Assembly: GCA_043228905.1 (NCBI GenBank)
Contig: JBHGNT010000006.1
Location: forward strand, 13,454,001-13,518,000
Length of the DNA stretch: 64,000 bases
Direction of reading: 5' to 3'
From: Azolla caroliniana
Taxonomy: Eukaryota; Plantae; Polypodiophyta
Made by a program: the position numbers and the translations under genes. Shown piece after piece: positions 1 to 12,143 of this stretch. How positions within the stretch are numbered: position 1 is the stretch's first letter; every line of letters starts with the position of its first letter. The notes below the pieces were generated by a model. The model saw only the letters and a list, made by a program, of their open reading frames with translations. It was not told the DNA's origin and did no database searches.

Positions 1-3000
1 CGTGCCGGTCCCAAGATTACTTGCTTTTGGTTATCGAAAGCTGGCTCGCCGAGACATGGTGTTAAATACGAACGCCGTGATAATGCATCTGCCTTGGCAC
101 ATTAGTGAGGCCGAACGGCATGACCGTATACTCGAAGTGCCCATATCTAGTGCGGACTGCGGTCTTCCATTCATCTCCGGGTCAGCTCCGTACGAGGTTA
201 TAGGCCCTCGTAAGTCAATCTTTGTGAAGAACCTGGCACCATTGATTCGTTCTAAAAGACTTGAGATAAGCGGAAGTGCATACCTATTGCGGATTGTAGC
301 TTTATTCAAGCCACGGTAATCTACCACCAGACGAAGTGAGCCATCCTTTTCCTTGACGAAGAAATGCGTGAACCGGCTGGAGATTTCGAATGTCGAATGA
401 ATCCATTCCCCAAATTCTCTTGTATATAGGCTCGAAGGACTTCTAGCTTGGTTGGTGACAAATTGTAGATCGGTCCCCATGGTGGCTCTTTCCCCGGTTG
501 TAAATCGATGGGGCAATCATATGCTCGATGGTGAGGAAGCGTATTGGCTCGTACTTTATCGAATACATCGGCATAATGATAATACTTCTTTGGTAGCTGA
601 ACGATGGACTCCTCTTTAATGGTGTCGGAGGGTTTTAGTGATATTGCGAAGAGAAACATTTCTTCCTTGGGTCCTTCTTCCCGCAACTGATGTAGTGAAA
701 TGATTGCAATCTCTTGAGTAGATCCTCGGGTTTGTCGACACCGGATTTCGCTCGTTCTCCAATCTATGTCCAGGTTATGTAACTCGAACCATGGTAATCC
801 CAAAACGATGGGATGTTCCGGGATACTAATAATGTTAAATGATACTACACATGCTAAGTTATCTAGGACAATATTAACGGGTTCTGACTCTTGTATGATA
901 TTTCCGGAAGCAATGGGACAACCATCAATGACGACTACAGAGGCTGGACATGGGAGTTTTCTAAGAGATATCTGATGAGCTTGTGCAAAATTCCAATCCA
1001 GAAAGCAAGAATTACCTCCGGAGTCTAGAAGTGCCAAGACGGGTACTGGAGGGGTACGTTTAGTACTAACTATTACTTGGGCTACGAACACATTGCTAAC
1101 TTGGTTAGAGGGAATGGAACCACTAATGGGTTGCACAGATCTAGGGTTGTCCAACCAAACGGCTCCTATTTTGGGTGGACTTAGTGGTTTAACTCTTCTT
1201 CTAACTGACTAAGGACATCAAATTTGTTCGCTAGATCCAGGCTATTAGTAGTATTAATACTGTCAGATATCCCTACTGTAATAGGCTCGGGTTTAGTACA
1301 ATTAGAACTAGCAACTATTTGGTTTACCTGTCTTCTTGGCCTATGGGGACACTTTATTGCAATGTGTCCTGGTCCACCGTAGTAGAGACATAGTCGATTT
1401 GTTCAGCGTCGCTGCTTTTCATCTTCGGATAATGGCCCTCGACGACGTGTAGTGTCAATCTCCATCGGTTGGCCGTCGGTTTGTGGGTGGTAGCTGGAGG
1501 AGAGGTTACAAGTGACCTTGAGCATTTTAAAAAGGTGCTTCCAGAATTTTGACACGAACTGGGATCCACGGTCGCTGACGACACTATTGAAAAGTCCATG
1601 ATGCCGACATACTTCACGCATGACAATTTCGGCGGTGTCTTCACTGGAGATTTCCTTAGTACATGGCAAGAAATGAGCCATCTTCGTATATCAATCTACC
1701 ACTGTTAGAATCGCATTGAACCCCTTAGAGACTGAAAGATCTGTGATGAAGTGAGAGCAATAGATTGCAACGACTTGCTTGGAATTGGTAATGGTTCTAA
1801 TAAACCGTATGGATGATGCCTTGGCATTTTCGCTCTGCAGCATGTATCACAAGTCCGAACAAAATCTTCGACAAATTGTCGCATACGGGGCCATTAGAAT
1901 GATCATTGTACTAAATCTACTGTTTTAGTACTACCAAAATACCCAACTCTATATGTGTCATGACAATTTTGTACTACTCGAAGGCGGCAAGAACCATTAG
2001 GAACATACAAAAGTTCTTTAAACAAGAGTAATCCATCATGGTATTTGAATTGCCGATAGTCTAGACGTGGTGGTTGCTACTATGAACACGACGCTCGAGA
2101 GGGAGAAGAAGTGAGCCATCCTTTTTCTTCACGAAGAAAATGGGTGTGCCGGCTTGAGATTTCGAATGTCGAATGAATCTATTCTCCAAAATCTCCTCTA
2201 TATAGGCTCGAAGGACTTCTAGCTTGGTTGGTGACAAATTGTAAATCGGTCCCCATGGCGGCTCTTTCCCCGGTTGTAAATCGATGAGGCAATCATATGG
2301 TCGATGGTGAGGAAGCGTATTGACTCGTACTTTATCGAATACATCAACATAATGATGATACTTCTTTGGAAGCTGAACGGTGGACTCCTCTTTAATGGTG
2401 TCGGAGGGTTTTAGTGATATTGCGAAGAGAAACATTTCTTCCTTGCGTCCTTCTTCCCGCAACTCATGTAGTGAAATGGTGGCAATCTTCTGAGTAGATC
2501 CTCGGGTTTTTCGACACCGGATTTCTCTTGTTCTCCAATCTATGTCTAGGTTATGTAACTCGAACCATGGTAATCCCAAAACGATGGGATGTTCCGGGAT
2601 ACTAATAATGTTAAATGATACTACACATGTTAAGTTATCTAGGACAATATTAACGGGTTCTGACTCTTGTATGATATTTCCGGAAGCAATGGGACGACCA
2701 TCAATGACGACTACAGAGGCTGGACATGGGAGTTTTCTAAGAGATATCTGATGAGCTTGTGCAAAATTCCAATCCACAAAGCAAGAATTACCTCCGGAGT
2801 CTAGAAGTGCCAAGACGGGTACTGGAGGGGTACTTTTAGTACTAACTATTACTTGGGCTACGAACACATTGCTAACTTGGTTAGAGGGAATGGAACCACT
2901 AATGGGTTGCACAGATCTAGGGTTGTCCAACCAAACGACTCCTATTTTGGGTGGACTTAGTGGTTTAACTCTTCTTCTAACTTACTAAGGACATCAATTT

Positions 3001-4613
3001 TGTTCGCTAGATCTAGGCTATTAGTAGTATTAGTACTATTAGATATCTCTACTGTAATAGGCTCGGGTTTAGTACAATTAGAACTAGCAACTATTTGGTT
3101 TACCTGCCTTCTTGGCCTATGGGACACTTTATTGCAATGTGTCCTGGTTTACCGTAGTAGAGACATAGTCGATTCATTCGGCATCGCTGCTTTTCTTCTT
3201 CGGATAATGGTCCTCAACGACGTGTAGTGTCAATCTCCATTGGAGACGGAGTATTCACTGGAGGCGCATTATAGTACTCCCTCGATAAAGGTTTTGCTAC
3301 TATTGAGGCGTACATGGGCTCTGCTCTTGCCCTCGGCATCTATAGCTGTCGTTCCGAACGTCGCTCAAAGAGGCGGTTGTCACATCTCACCGCGCGACTG
3401 ATTGCTTTTGTTAAGGACTTTGGCTCTTCAGGGAAGGTCAAGAGTAAATCCTTGACATCGTTTCATAAACCATAACGAAATTGCTCCATCAACGCTTGAT
3501 CATCCCAAGGGATGTCAACGGCGAGTAGTCGGAAATCTGCAGCATATGCAGAGGCTAGACGATCTCCTTGGGGTAATTGCCGGATTTTGTTGATTGCAGT
3601 CCTTATGCTGTCAGTATCTCCAAAGCATGCTTTAAACTCACCTATAAACTCTTCAAAGTTGTTGAGTAATGGAGACTCCTTTTCCAACAGTGGAGCGAAC
3701 CATGCCAACGCTGAGCCACTTAACAACGTCCCTACTAAACCCACTCGTGATGCATCGGTAGGATATCGGGAAGGATGCATTTGAATAACTAATCGTACCT
3801 GATTAAGGAACCCTCTAAACTACGATCGTGTTCCATCGAACTTCGTGGGAAGGCCAATCTTGGGTTCCTTATGAAGCCCTTGTGTTCCGGGGCCTTGTTG
3901 TTGCATCGCTACGATGGTAGCTTCGAGTTGTTGCACGCGTAATGCAAGTTCCTCATGTTGTTGTTGCGTTTGCTGCTTTTCTAAGGAGATTTGTTGAAGA
4001 TCCCCCAGCAACCATTGATTTTCTTGTTCCGAAGCAAGGAACTTCTCTTTCAAGCATTAAAACTCTGAGAAAACAGATTGATATTCCTGAGCGCTAACAG
4101 TGACCATGGGATGAAAAGAAAAGAGGAATAAGATATTAGTATGAAGGGAGAGAGACAGAAGGGAAAATCGGTTCAAACTGTCAAGAATAGCACTAAACCG
4201 AGAGAGAATTAGTACTAAACAGAGAGAATTAGTACTAGAGAAGGGAAGTACTATTAGTACTAAGAGGAAGAGAGAAGAGGAGAGAGAGAGATAGCGGGGA
4301 CGAGAGAGAGAGAGAGATGATGATAACAGATTTTATATTATAAGAAGAGTAAGTACAAAAGGGCTATGAGTCTAAAGACTGGCGTTGAACCGATTTGGTT
4401 TGAAATAATGCCTTGTTCCTCCTTTTATAGTGTTCTAAGGAATACTCCTGAAGTTTCTAGAATGTTCCAGAGAAATCTGGAATATACATCAATTTTCTAT
4501 AATAAAACATAAATGAAAATAATATTCTACGTATTACAATGTATGGTCTAATGGTCAAGAGATCGACCCATGTAGCATAAGGTCATGGGTTCGAGTCTTG
4601 CCATATCATGACA
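1..4613 (-). mobile_element. Rearranged Tcn1-like chromovirus (Ty3/gypsy), 3' part outside the window; gag, duplicated protease/RT-N and interleaved integrase/RNase H fragments
   Basis: ORFs 321-1154 and 2061-2930 both encode LLDSGG protease and the RT N-terminus. Gag fragments lie at 3463-4053. The sequence is highly similar to the complete copy at 6891-12574. The 5' LTR is at 4179-4613. Confidence 0.9.
4179..4613 (-). repeat. 5' LTR of the rearranged chromovirus
   Basis: TGTCAAGA...TCATGACA termini; homologous to LTRs 6891-7342 and 12144-12574; adjacent non-tRNA PBS at 4165-4176. Confidence 0.9.
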
Positions 4614-4616
4614 TGC

Positions 4617-5339
4617 ACGCCAGTCTTAAGGCTCTTAGCCACTTTGTACTTATCTTTCACATAGTATATTAGCTGTTGTCATCATCTTTCTCTCTCTCTG
4701 TCTCCTCTTCTCTCTTCCTCTCTTGGGAATCTTACGTTGTCCCGTCCTCTTAGTACTAATAATATCTACGGTTACCACCCACAAACCGACGGCCAAGCCG
4801 AACGAACAAATCAACTGCTGGAGTAGTATCTACGGTGCTTTCTTAGCTATCATCAGGATAAATGGGCAGATATTCTCCACTTCGCTGAATTTGCCTATAA
4901 TAACTCTATCCACGCATCGACTAAAGTGACGTCATTTTATGCTTATACGGGATGTCACCCTCGGTGGGGTCTCTCTCGTCCTCGTTATCTCTCTCTCTCC
5001 TCTTCTCTCTTCCTCTCTCGGGAGTCTTACGCAGTCCCGTCCTCTTAGTACTAATAGTACTTCTCTTCTCTAGTACTAATTCTCTCTCTGTTTAGTACTA
5101 TTCCTGACATTTTGAACCAATTTGGTTCAAAACAATGCCTTGTGCCTCCTTTTATAATGTTTTTTGGAATAATCCTGAAGCTTCTAGAATGTTCCAGAGA
5201 GATCTGGAATATACATCAATTTTCTATGATAAAATATAAATGACAATAATATCCTACAAATTACAATTCATAGTCTAATGGTAAGAGCTCGACCCATGTA
5301 GCATAAGGTCATGGGTTCGAGTCTTGCCATATCATGACA
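4617..5339. repeat. Scrambled chromovirus LTR: R-U5-PBS inverted relative to U3, with an embedded integrase fragment (~4765-4970)
   Basis: 4617-5109 is the reverse complement of the LTR R-U5 and ends CCTGACA. It is followed by TTGAACCAATTT (5112-5123) and then U3 in the original orientation ending TCATGACA at 5339. Confidence 0.8.
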
Positions 5340-6989
5340 ACGGCGAGATGAGTGTTACCGGTAGACGCAAGATACCCGGAATAATGACAGAATAGCTACT
5401 AGGATTACCAGGATGAACGATATGAGCGATACAACTGGGATCACTCCCCCGGTTACAACCAACGGAGGGAGGATCAAGGAAACTATGAAAACCGGCCCCG
5501 ACAGGGTTACCGGAACAAAAAACGCTTCAACAAAAAATGGAACGCTAGAAAGGTGGTGGACCGGACAATGGCACACCAAGCACCCAACCGACCACCAATA
5601 GGACCTCAACTAGGTACTGGAGCGACCACCAAATCCAACAATACCCGGAAAGCGTACTGCTACTATTGCCGGCAAGAAGGACATTACAATAATCAATGTC
5701 TGGTTAAAAGCTATGAGAAAAGACCCACCATAAATATGGTGGTAGTAGAAGTCGTCGACATACAACAAGTCACCACCAAGGCAAAAGGCAAAACAACGGA
5801 GTGGGAAACACAGGAGGCAATCCGAAAGCAAGCCACCGAGTGCGTGAAGAAGGCAAATGAGCAAAATGTGATTGAGCTTGAACAACAAAAGGAGAAACCA
5901 AAAGGGGCCACCGACACGATTCAGCCGGAAAACTCAACATGGAAAGCGTTACAAGAATGTCAGATTACGCTGCCATTGGGACGATTATTACATCTAGTGC
6001 CCCGGTTTACGGAAGGGCTGAAATAAGGAATGACCACATCAATTCCGTTGCCTACTCCTACGTTCTTCTCAAATCTGGAAGAAGGGCCAGCAATGGTAGA
6101 CACGAACAGTCCGGCAATCACCGCCATCGTCAAAGGACAATTGTGGACGGAGGATCGGGCGTGAATGTGATCAATCTACGGACTTGTAATACCCTGGGAA
6201 TCCAGGAATGGGAGCCTTGCCCATTTTGGCTCCGAATGGTGGATATAAGTTCGGTAAGACCTACTGGTTTGATACAGGATCTAGACGTAACTATTGGCGG
6301 TCACGCATTCCGCATTTCGGCGGTGGTTCTCCAACTCAATGCACAAGGTTCTTACCCGCTATTGCTGGGCCGCCCATGGCTAAAAACAGCGCATATCAAA
6401 CAAAACTGGCGGAAAAACATGATTACCTTCCCATGAGGAAAGACTAAAGTAAGGGTACCTACCCACCCTCGAGCAAGTATAGGCAAGGAGCTGACACTGC
6501 TATATGTGGAAGGTGTAAACATGCTCGAGGGGCTTGCAGACGAAGAGGTTGACCAATACTTAGAAGAAAACCCAAAAATTGTACCCCTATTTGAAATCGA
6601 TGTGGCAGAAGCAGTATCACCATATAGAATGCAATCGGACGACGCCGTCGAGGAACTGGATCGGGAAGTTATCAGAGAATTACGACAAGCATAGGAAGCT
6701 CTGGAGAGGGAGATGGCAGTATCCCAACGCGTGAAAGCATCCCAGTTAGAAGAAGTGAACTTAGGGACCGGGGATGACGCTAGACCAGTTCATATTGCTA
6801 AGGAAATGTCACCAGACAACAGGACGGCGATGATCACTTTATTAAAGGAATTCTGGGACGTATTCCCCTAGTCCTATGAAGACATGCGGGTGTCATGAAC
6901 AGTACTGAGACAGAGAAGGAATTAGTACTAAACGAAGGATTAGTACTATGAGAGGTGTGGAACTTCTTCGAGAGAAGGAAGAAGTGAGC

Positions 6990-7047
<58 letters not shown>

Positions 7048-7163
7048 TGATAAGAAAGATATTTATTATATGAAGAGAATATACAACGGTGGCTAAAAGG
7101 CTTAAGACTGGCGTTGAACCAATTTGGTTCAACATAATGCCTAATGCCCTCTTTTATAGTGTT

Positions 7164-7211
7164 TTCAGGAGTAATCCTGAAGCTTCTAGAATGTTCCAGA
7201 GAAATCTGGAA
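7164..7211. promoter_or_regulatory. Heat-shock-element array in LTR U3, immediately upstream of the TATA box (7152-7158, - strand)
   Basis: Perfect GAAgcTTCtaGAAtgTTC core (7179-7196) inside ten in-phase pentamer units; core retained in all four LTR copies. Confidence 0.7.
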
Positions 7212-7265
7212 TATACACTAATTTCCTATAATAAAATGTAAATGAAAATAATATCCTACGTATTA

Positions 7266-7337
7266 CAATAGATGGTCTAATGGTCAAGAGCTCGACCCAT
7301 ATAACGTAAGGTCATGGGTTCGAGTCTTGCCATATCA
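7266..7337 (+). other. tRNA-like Pol III promoter module (A-box + B-box) at the U3 end of the chromovirus LTR, antisense to the element
   Basis: TGGTCTAATGG (7273-7283) and GGTTCGAGTCT (7317-7327), 44 nt apart as in tRNA genes; also at ~4544-4600, ~5271-5325 and ~12505-12560. No intact acceptor stem. Confidence 0.65.
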
Positions 7338-7342
7338 TGACA

Positions 7343-7355
7343 CTATCCCCCCTTT
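7343..7355 (-). other. Polypurine tract of the chromovirus
   Basis: AAAGGGGGGATAG on the - strand directly abutting the 3' LTR. Confidence 0.9.
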
Positions 7356-10300
7356 AAAACGACGAGTGTCACGAGTCGTCTTGGATTGAGGACCCGGTTT
7401 GTGTGGATATTGACGATGGAAGTCTTCAAGAAGAGCACGAGCATTGGTTACATTCTCGATCGGTTCCCAAGTACGTTCGCTGGGACTATAGCCTAGCCAA
7501 TCGACTAGATAGTAGAGCTTGTTGCGAACAATCTTGGAATCAAGAATGGCGGCAACCTCGTACTCCGGCCCATCTTCAAGCTCGATCGGGGGTGGAGGTT
7601 GGATAAGACGTTCTGGGATGGTGCTCTCGTGGTAGGGTTCGAAGAGAGAACTATGAAACACCGGATGTATCCGAAGTTGAGGAGGTAGATCGAGACGAAA
7701 AGCAACATCATTAATCTTTCCAATAATTTGGAAAGGACCTAATCGCCGATAATCCAACTTCTCACATGGGCGAGTAGTCTTGATGTGTCGTCGTAGCAAC
7801 CACACCCGATCTCCAATATTAAAACTAGATGGAAGTCGATGACGATCCGCGTAGACCTTGTGTGTTTGTTGAGCTTGCTGGAGATGAGTAAATAAATCCG
7901 CTTGTATCTTGCGTAACCGCTCCAAACGATCCTCCGCGCACGGATTTGTGGACACCTCTAGGGTTTCAAGTACACTCCACCGGGGGTGACATCCCGTATA
8001 AGCATAAAATGGCGTAACTTTAGTGGATGCGTGGATAGAGTTGTTATAGGCAAATTCGGCGAAGTGGAGAATATCTGCCCAGTCGTCCTGATGATAGCTG
8101 AGAAAGCACCGCAGATACTGCTCCAACGTTTGATTTGTTCGTTCAGCTTGGCCGTCAGTTTGTGGGTGGTAGCCGGAAGAGAGGTTACAAGTGACCTTGA
8201 GCATGTTAAAAAGGTGCTTCCAGAATTTTGACACGAACTGGGGTCCACGGTCGCTGATGATACTATCGGGGAGTCCATGATGCCGACATACTTCACGCAT
8301 GACAATTTCGGCAGTGTCTTCACTGGAGATCTCCTTAGTACATGGCAAGAAATGAGCCATCTTCGTATATCGATCGACCACCGTTAGAATCGCATTGAAC
8401 CCCTTAGAGGCTGGAAGATCTGTGATGAAGTCTAGAGCAATGGATTGCCACGGCTTGCTTGGAATTGATAATGGTTCTAATAAACCATATGGATGATGCC
8501 TTGGCATTTTCGCTCTGCAACATGTATCACAAGTCCGAACAAAATCCTCGACAAATTGTCGCATACAGGGCCACTAGAATGATCGTTGTACTAAATGTAA
8601 TGTTTTAGTACTACCAAAATGCCCAGCTGTATATGTGTCATGACAGTTTTGTACTACTCGAAGGCGGCAAGAACCATTAGGAACATACAAAAGTTCTTTA
8701 AAGAAGAGTAATCCATCATGGTATTTGAATTGCCGATAGTCCATACCTGGTGGTTGCGACTGTGAACACGACGCTCGAGAGGGATCAATTTGTGCTAGTA
8801 TAGCTTGGGCGAACGCATCTGTCTTCAAGTCTTCACGTATGGTATCGATAACGCGGGAATCCATAGGCATGTCAAAGATTTGTGTTGCTTGTAATCGTGT
8901 CGGTCCCAAGATGACTTGTTTTTGGTTATCGAAAGCTGGCTCGCCGGGACGGGGTGCTAGATACGAACGCCGTGATAATGCATCTGCCTTCCCTTGGTGC
9001 CTCCCCGGACGATATGTAATTTTGAAGTCGAAACGCGTGAGGAAGTGGGCCCATCGAGCTTGACGTCGATTCAACACACGAGCATCCTGAAAGTAGGCAA
9101 GATTCTTGTGGTCACTAAATACGGTGACTGGATGAGAGGATCCCTCCAAAAAATGCCTCCATTGCATAAAAGAATCCACTATTGCCAATAGCTCCTTATC
9201 ATGGATTTCGTAGTTGATTTCGGCGGCATCAAACTTGCGTGAGTGAAAAGCCACAGGATGTAGCTTTTCATCATTCCCTTGTTGTGACAGAATGCTCCCC
9301 AATGCAAAATCCGATGCGTCAGCTTCGATAATGAATGGTTTCTCCGGATCGACATGAGCTAGAATTGGAGCCGATGTAAATGCTTTTTTAAGACTCTCGA
9401 AAGCCATGTCCGTTTCTTCAGACCAGATGAACGGTTGTCCCTTCCTGGTAAGTTGTGTGAGAGGTAGAACGATCTTTGAGTAATCCTGTATGAACTTCCG
9501 ATAAAAATTGGCAAAGCCTAAGAAGCATTGCACATCCCGTACCGAACGCGGAGTCTGCCATTCTACCACCGTTCTGACCTTAGCTGGGTCCATGGAGATG
9601 CCGTCTGACGAAATGATGTAGCCGAGAAATTCCACTTGGTTGCACCCGAAACTACATTTTTCTAGCTTTGCATACAGACCATGTTCTCGAAGTCGTTTTA
9701 GTACTAATAGTACATGAGAATCATGTTCTTCTTGGGTCTTTGAATAAACCAGTAGATCATCCAAATAGATGATCAAACAATCATCCAATAGATCTCGGAA
9801 TATATCATTAGCCATGTGCTAGAAGACTGCCGGCGCATTAGTGAGGCCGAACGGCATGACAGTATACTCGAAGTGCCCATATCTGGTGCGAAACGCGGTC
9901 TTCCATTCGTCTCCTGGTCGGATCCGTACGAGGTTATATGCTCCCCGTAAGTCGATCTTCGTGAAGAACCTGGCACCATTGATCCGTTCTAAAAGACTTG
10001 AGATAAGGGGAAGAGCATACCTATTCCTGATTGTAACCTTATTCAAGCCACGGTAATCTACAACGAGACGAAGCGATCCATCTTTTTTCTTGACGAAGAA
10101 AATGGGCGCACCGGCTGGAGATTTCGAATGCCGAATGAAACCATTTTCCAAATTCTCCTCTATATAGGCCCGAAGGACTTCCAGCTCGGTTGGTGACAAA
10201 TTGTAGATCAGTCCCCATGGCGGCTCTTTTCCCGGTTGTAAATCGATGGGGCAATCGTACGGTCGATGATGAGGAAGAGTGTTGGCTTGTACTTTATCGA

Positions 10301-10886
10301 ACACATCGGTGTAATGGCAATACTTCTCGGGAAGTTGAACGGTGGATTCTTCTTTAGTGGTGTTGGAGGGGTTTACTGATATTGCAAAGAGGAACATTTC
10401 CTCCTTGTGCCCTTCTTTACGCAACTGACGTAGCGAAATGGTTGCCATCTTCTGAGTTGACCCTTGGGTTTGTCGACACCGGATTTCTCTTGTTCTCCAA
10501 TCTATGTCAGGGTTATGTAACTCGAACCACGGTAGTCCTAAAACTATAGGATGTTCTGGGATACTAATAATATTAAATGATACTACACATACTAAGTTAT
10601 CTAGGACAATATTAATGGGCTCTGACTCTTCTAGGATATTTCCGGAAGCAATGGGACGTCCATCAATGACTACTACAGAGGCTGGACACTGGAGTTTTCT
10701 TAGGGATATCTTATGAGCTTGAGCAAATTTCTTATCCATAAAGCAAGAGTTAGCTCCGGAATCTAGGAGTGCTAGGACATGTACTGGAGGGGTACTTTTA
10801 GTACTAACTATTACTTGGGCTACGAACACATCACTAACTTGCTTAGAGGGAATGGAACCACTAATGGGCTGCACAGATCTAGGGCT

Positions 10887-10931
10887 GTCCAACCAAACGG
10901 CTCCTATTTTGGCTGGACTTAGTCGTTTAAC
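10887..10931 (-). promoter_or_regulatory. Putative -1 programmed ribosomal frameshift signal between gag and pol
   Basis: G_TTA_AAC heptamer (10925-10931), a 6-nt spacer and an 11-bp stem GTCCAGCCAAA/TTTGGTTGGAC. pol is in the -1 frame and has no ATG start. Confidence 0.7.
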
Positions 10932-12070
10932 TCTTCTTCTAACTGACTAAGGACATCAAATTTGTTTGCTAGATCTGGGATATTAGTACTATTAGGACTA
11001 TCAGATATCCCTACTGAAATAGGCTCGGATTTAGTACAATTAGAACTAGCGACTATTTGGTTTACCTGTCTTCCTGGCCTATGGGGGCAATTTATTGCGA
11101 TATGTCTTGGTCCACCGCAGTAAAGACATAGTCGATTTGTACGGCGTCGCTGCTTTTCTTCTTCGGATAATGGCCCTCGACGACGTGTAGTGTCAATCTC
11201 CATCGGAGTCGGAGTATTCGCTGGAGACGCATTATATGACTCCCTCGGAAAAGGTCTTGCTACCACTGAGGCGTAGGTGGGCTCTGATCTTGCCCTCGGC
11301 ATCTGTAGCTGTCGTTCCGAACGTCGCTCAAAGAGGCGGTTGTCACATCTCACCGTGCGACTGATTGCTTCTGTTAAGGACTTTGGCTCTTCGGGGAAGG
11401 TCAAGAGTAAATCCTTGACGTCGTTGCGTAAACCATAACGGAATTGCTCCATCAACGCTTGATCATCCCAAGGGATATCGGCGGCGAGTAGGCGAAAATC
11501 TGCAGCGTATGCGGAGGTTGGACGGTCACCTTGGCGTAATCGCCGGATTTTGTTGATTGCGGTCCTGATGCTGTCAGTATCTCCGAAACATGCTTTAAAC
11601 TCACCTAGAAACTCTTCAAAATTGTTGAGTAACGGAGATTCCTTTTCTAATAGTGGAGCGAACCATGACAACGCTGAGCCACTTAACAAAGTGCCTACTA
11701 AACCCACTCGTGATGCATCGGTGGGATATCGGGAAGGATGCATTTGAATAACTAATCGTACCTGGTTAAGGAACCCTCTAAACTGCGATCGCGTTCCATC
11801 GAACTTCGTGGGAAGGCCAATCTTAGGTTCTTTATGAATCCCTTGTGTTCTGGGCCCATGTTGTTGCATCGCTACGATGGTGGCTTCGAGTTGTTGCACG
11901 CGTAATGCAAGTTCCCCATGTTGCTGTTGCGTTTGCTACTTTTCTAAGGAGATTTGCTGAAGATCCTCCAGCAACCGTTGGTTTTCTTGTTCCAAAGCAT
12001 GGAACTTCTCCTTCAAGCATTGGAATTCCGAGAAAACAGATTGATATTCTTCAGCGCTAACAGTGGCCAT
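10919..12070 (-). pseudogene. gag: Chromovirus gag with one premature TAG (11936-11938)
   Basis: ATG at 12070 is in frame with ORF 10919-11899; KFDGTRSQFRGF, PMEID and CLYCGGPRHIAINC knuckle. The sister copy has CAG at the stop position. Confidence 0.93.
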
Positions 12071-12129
12071 GGGATGAAAGAAAAGAGGAATAAAAGATTA
12101 GTAGGAAATGAGAGAGACAGAAGGTAGGG

Positions 12130-12141
12130 AAATTGGTTCAA
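12130..12141 (-). other. Self-priming-type primer binding site
   Basis: TTGAACCAATTT lies 2 nt downstream of the 5' LTR and lacks the TGG start of a tRNA PBS. It is exactly complementary to AAATTGGTTCAA (12347-12358), ~33 nt downstream of the LTR TATA box. Confidence 0.8.
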
Positions 12142-12143
12142 AC

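Larger units (their letters stand above)
6891..7342 (-). repeat. 3' LTR (452 bp) of the complete chromovirus, containing a (GA)n tract
   Basis: TGTCATGA...TCATGACA termini. It differs from 12144-12574 essentially only in the (GA)n tract and a 1-bp indel. Confidence 0.97.
7335..10931 (-). pseudogene. pol: Chromovirus pol (protease-RT-RNase H-integrase-chromodomain), one frame with two premature TAG stops (8574, 9819)
   Basis: LLDSGA; YLDD; DASDFALG..KELLAI..DHKNL; HHCC plus DDE integrase; GPF motif; chromodomain EYEVAAILDSK...YLVDWLGY...TWEP. Confidence 0.95.

Noticed and set aside
7266-7337. Functional tRNA gene
   Set aside because: Acceptor and anticodon stems do not pair and there is no clear terminator; kept only as a tRNA-derived module.
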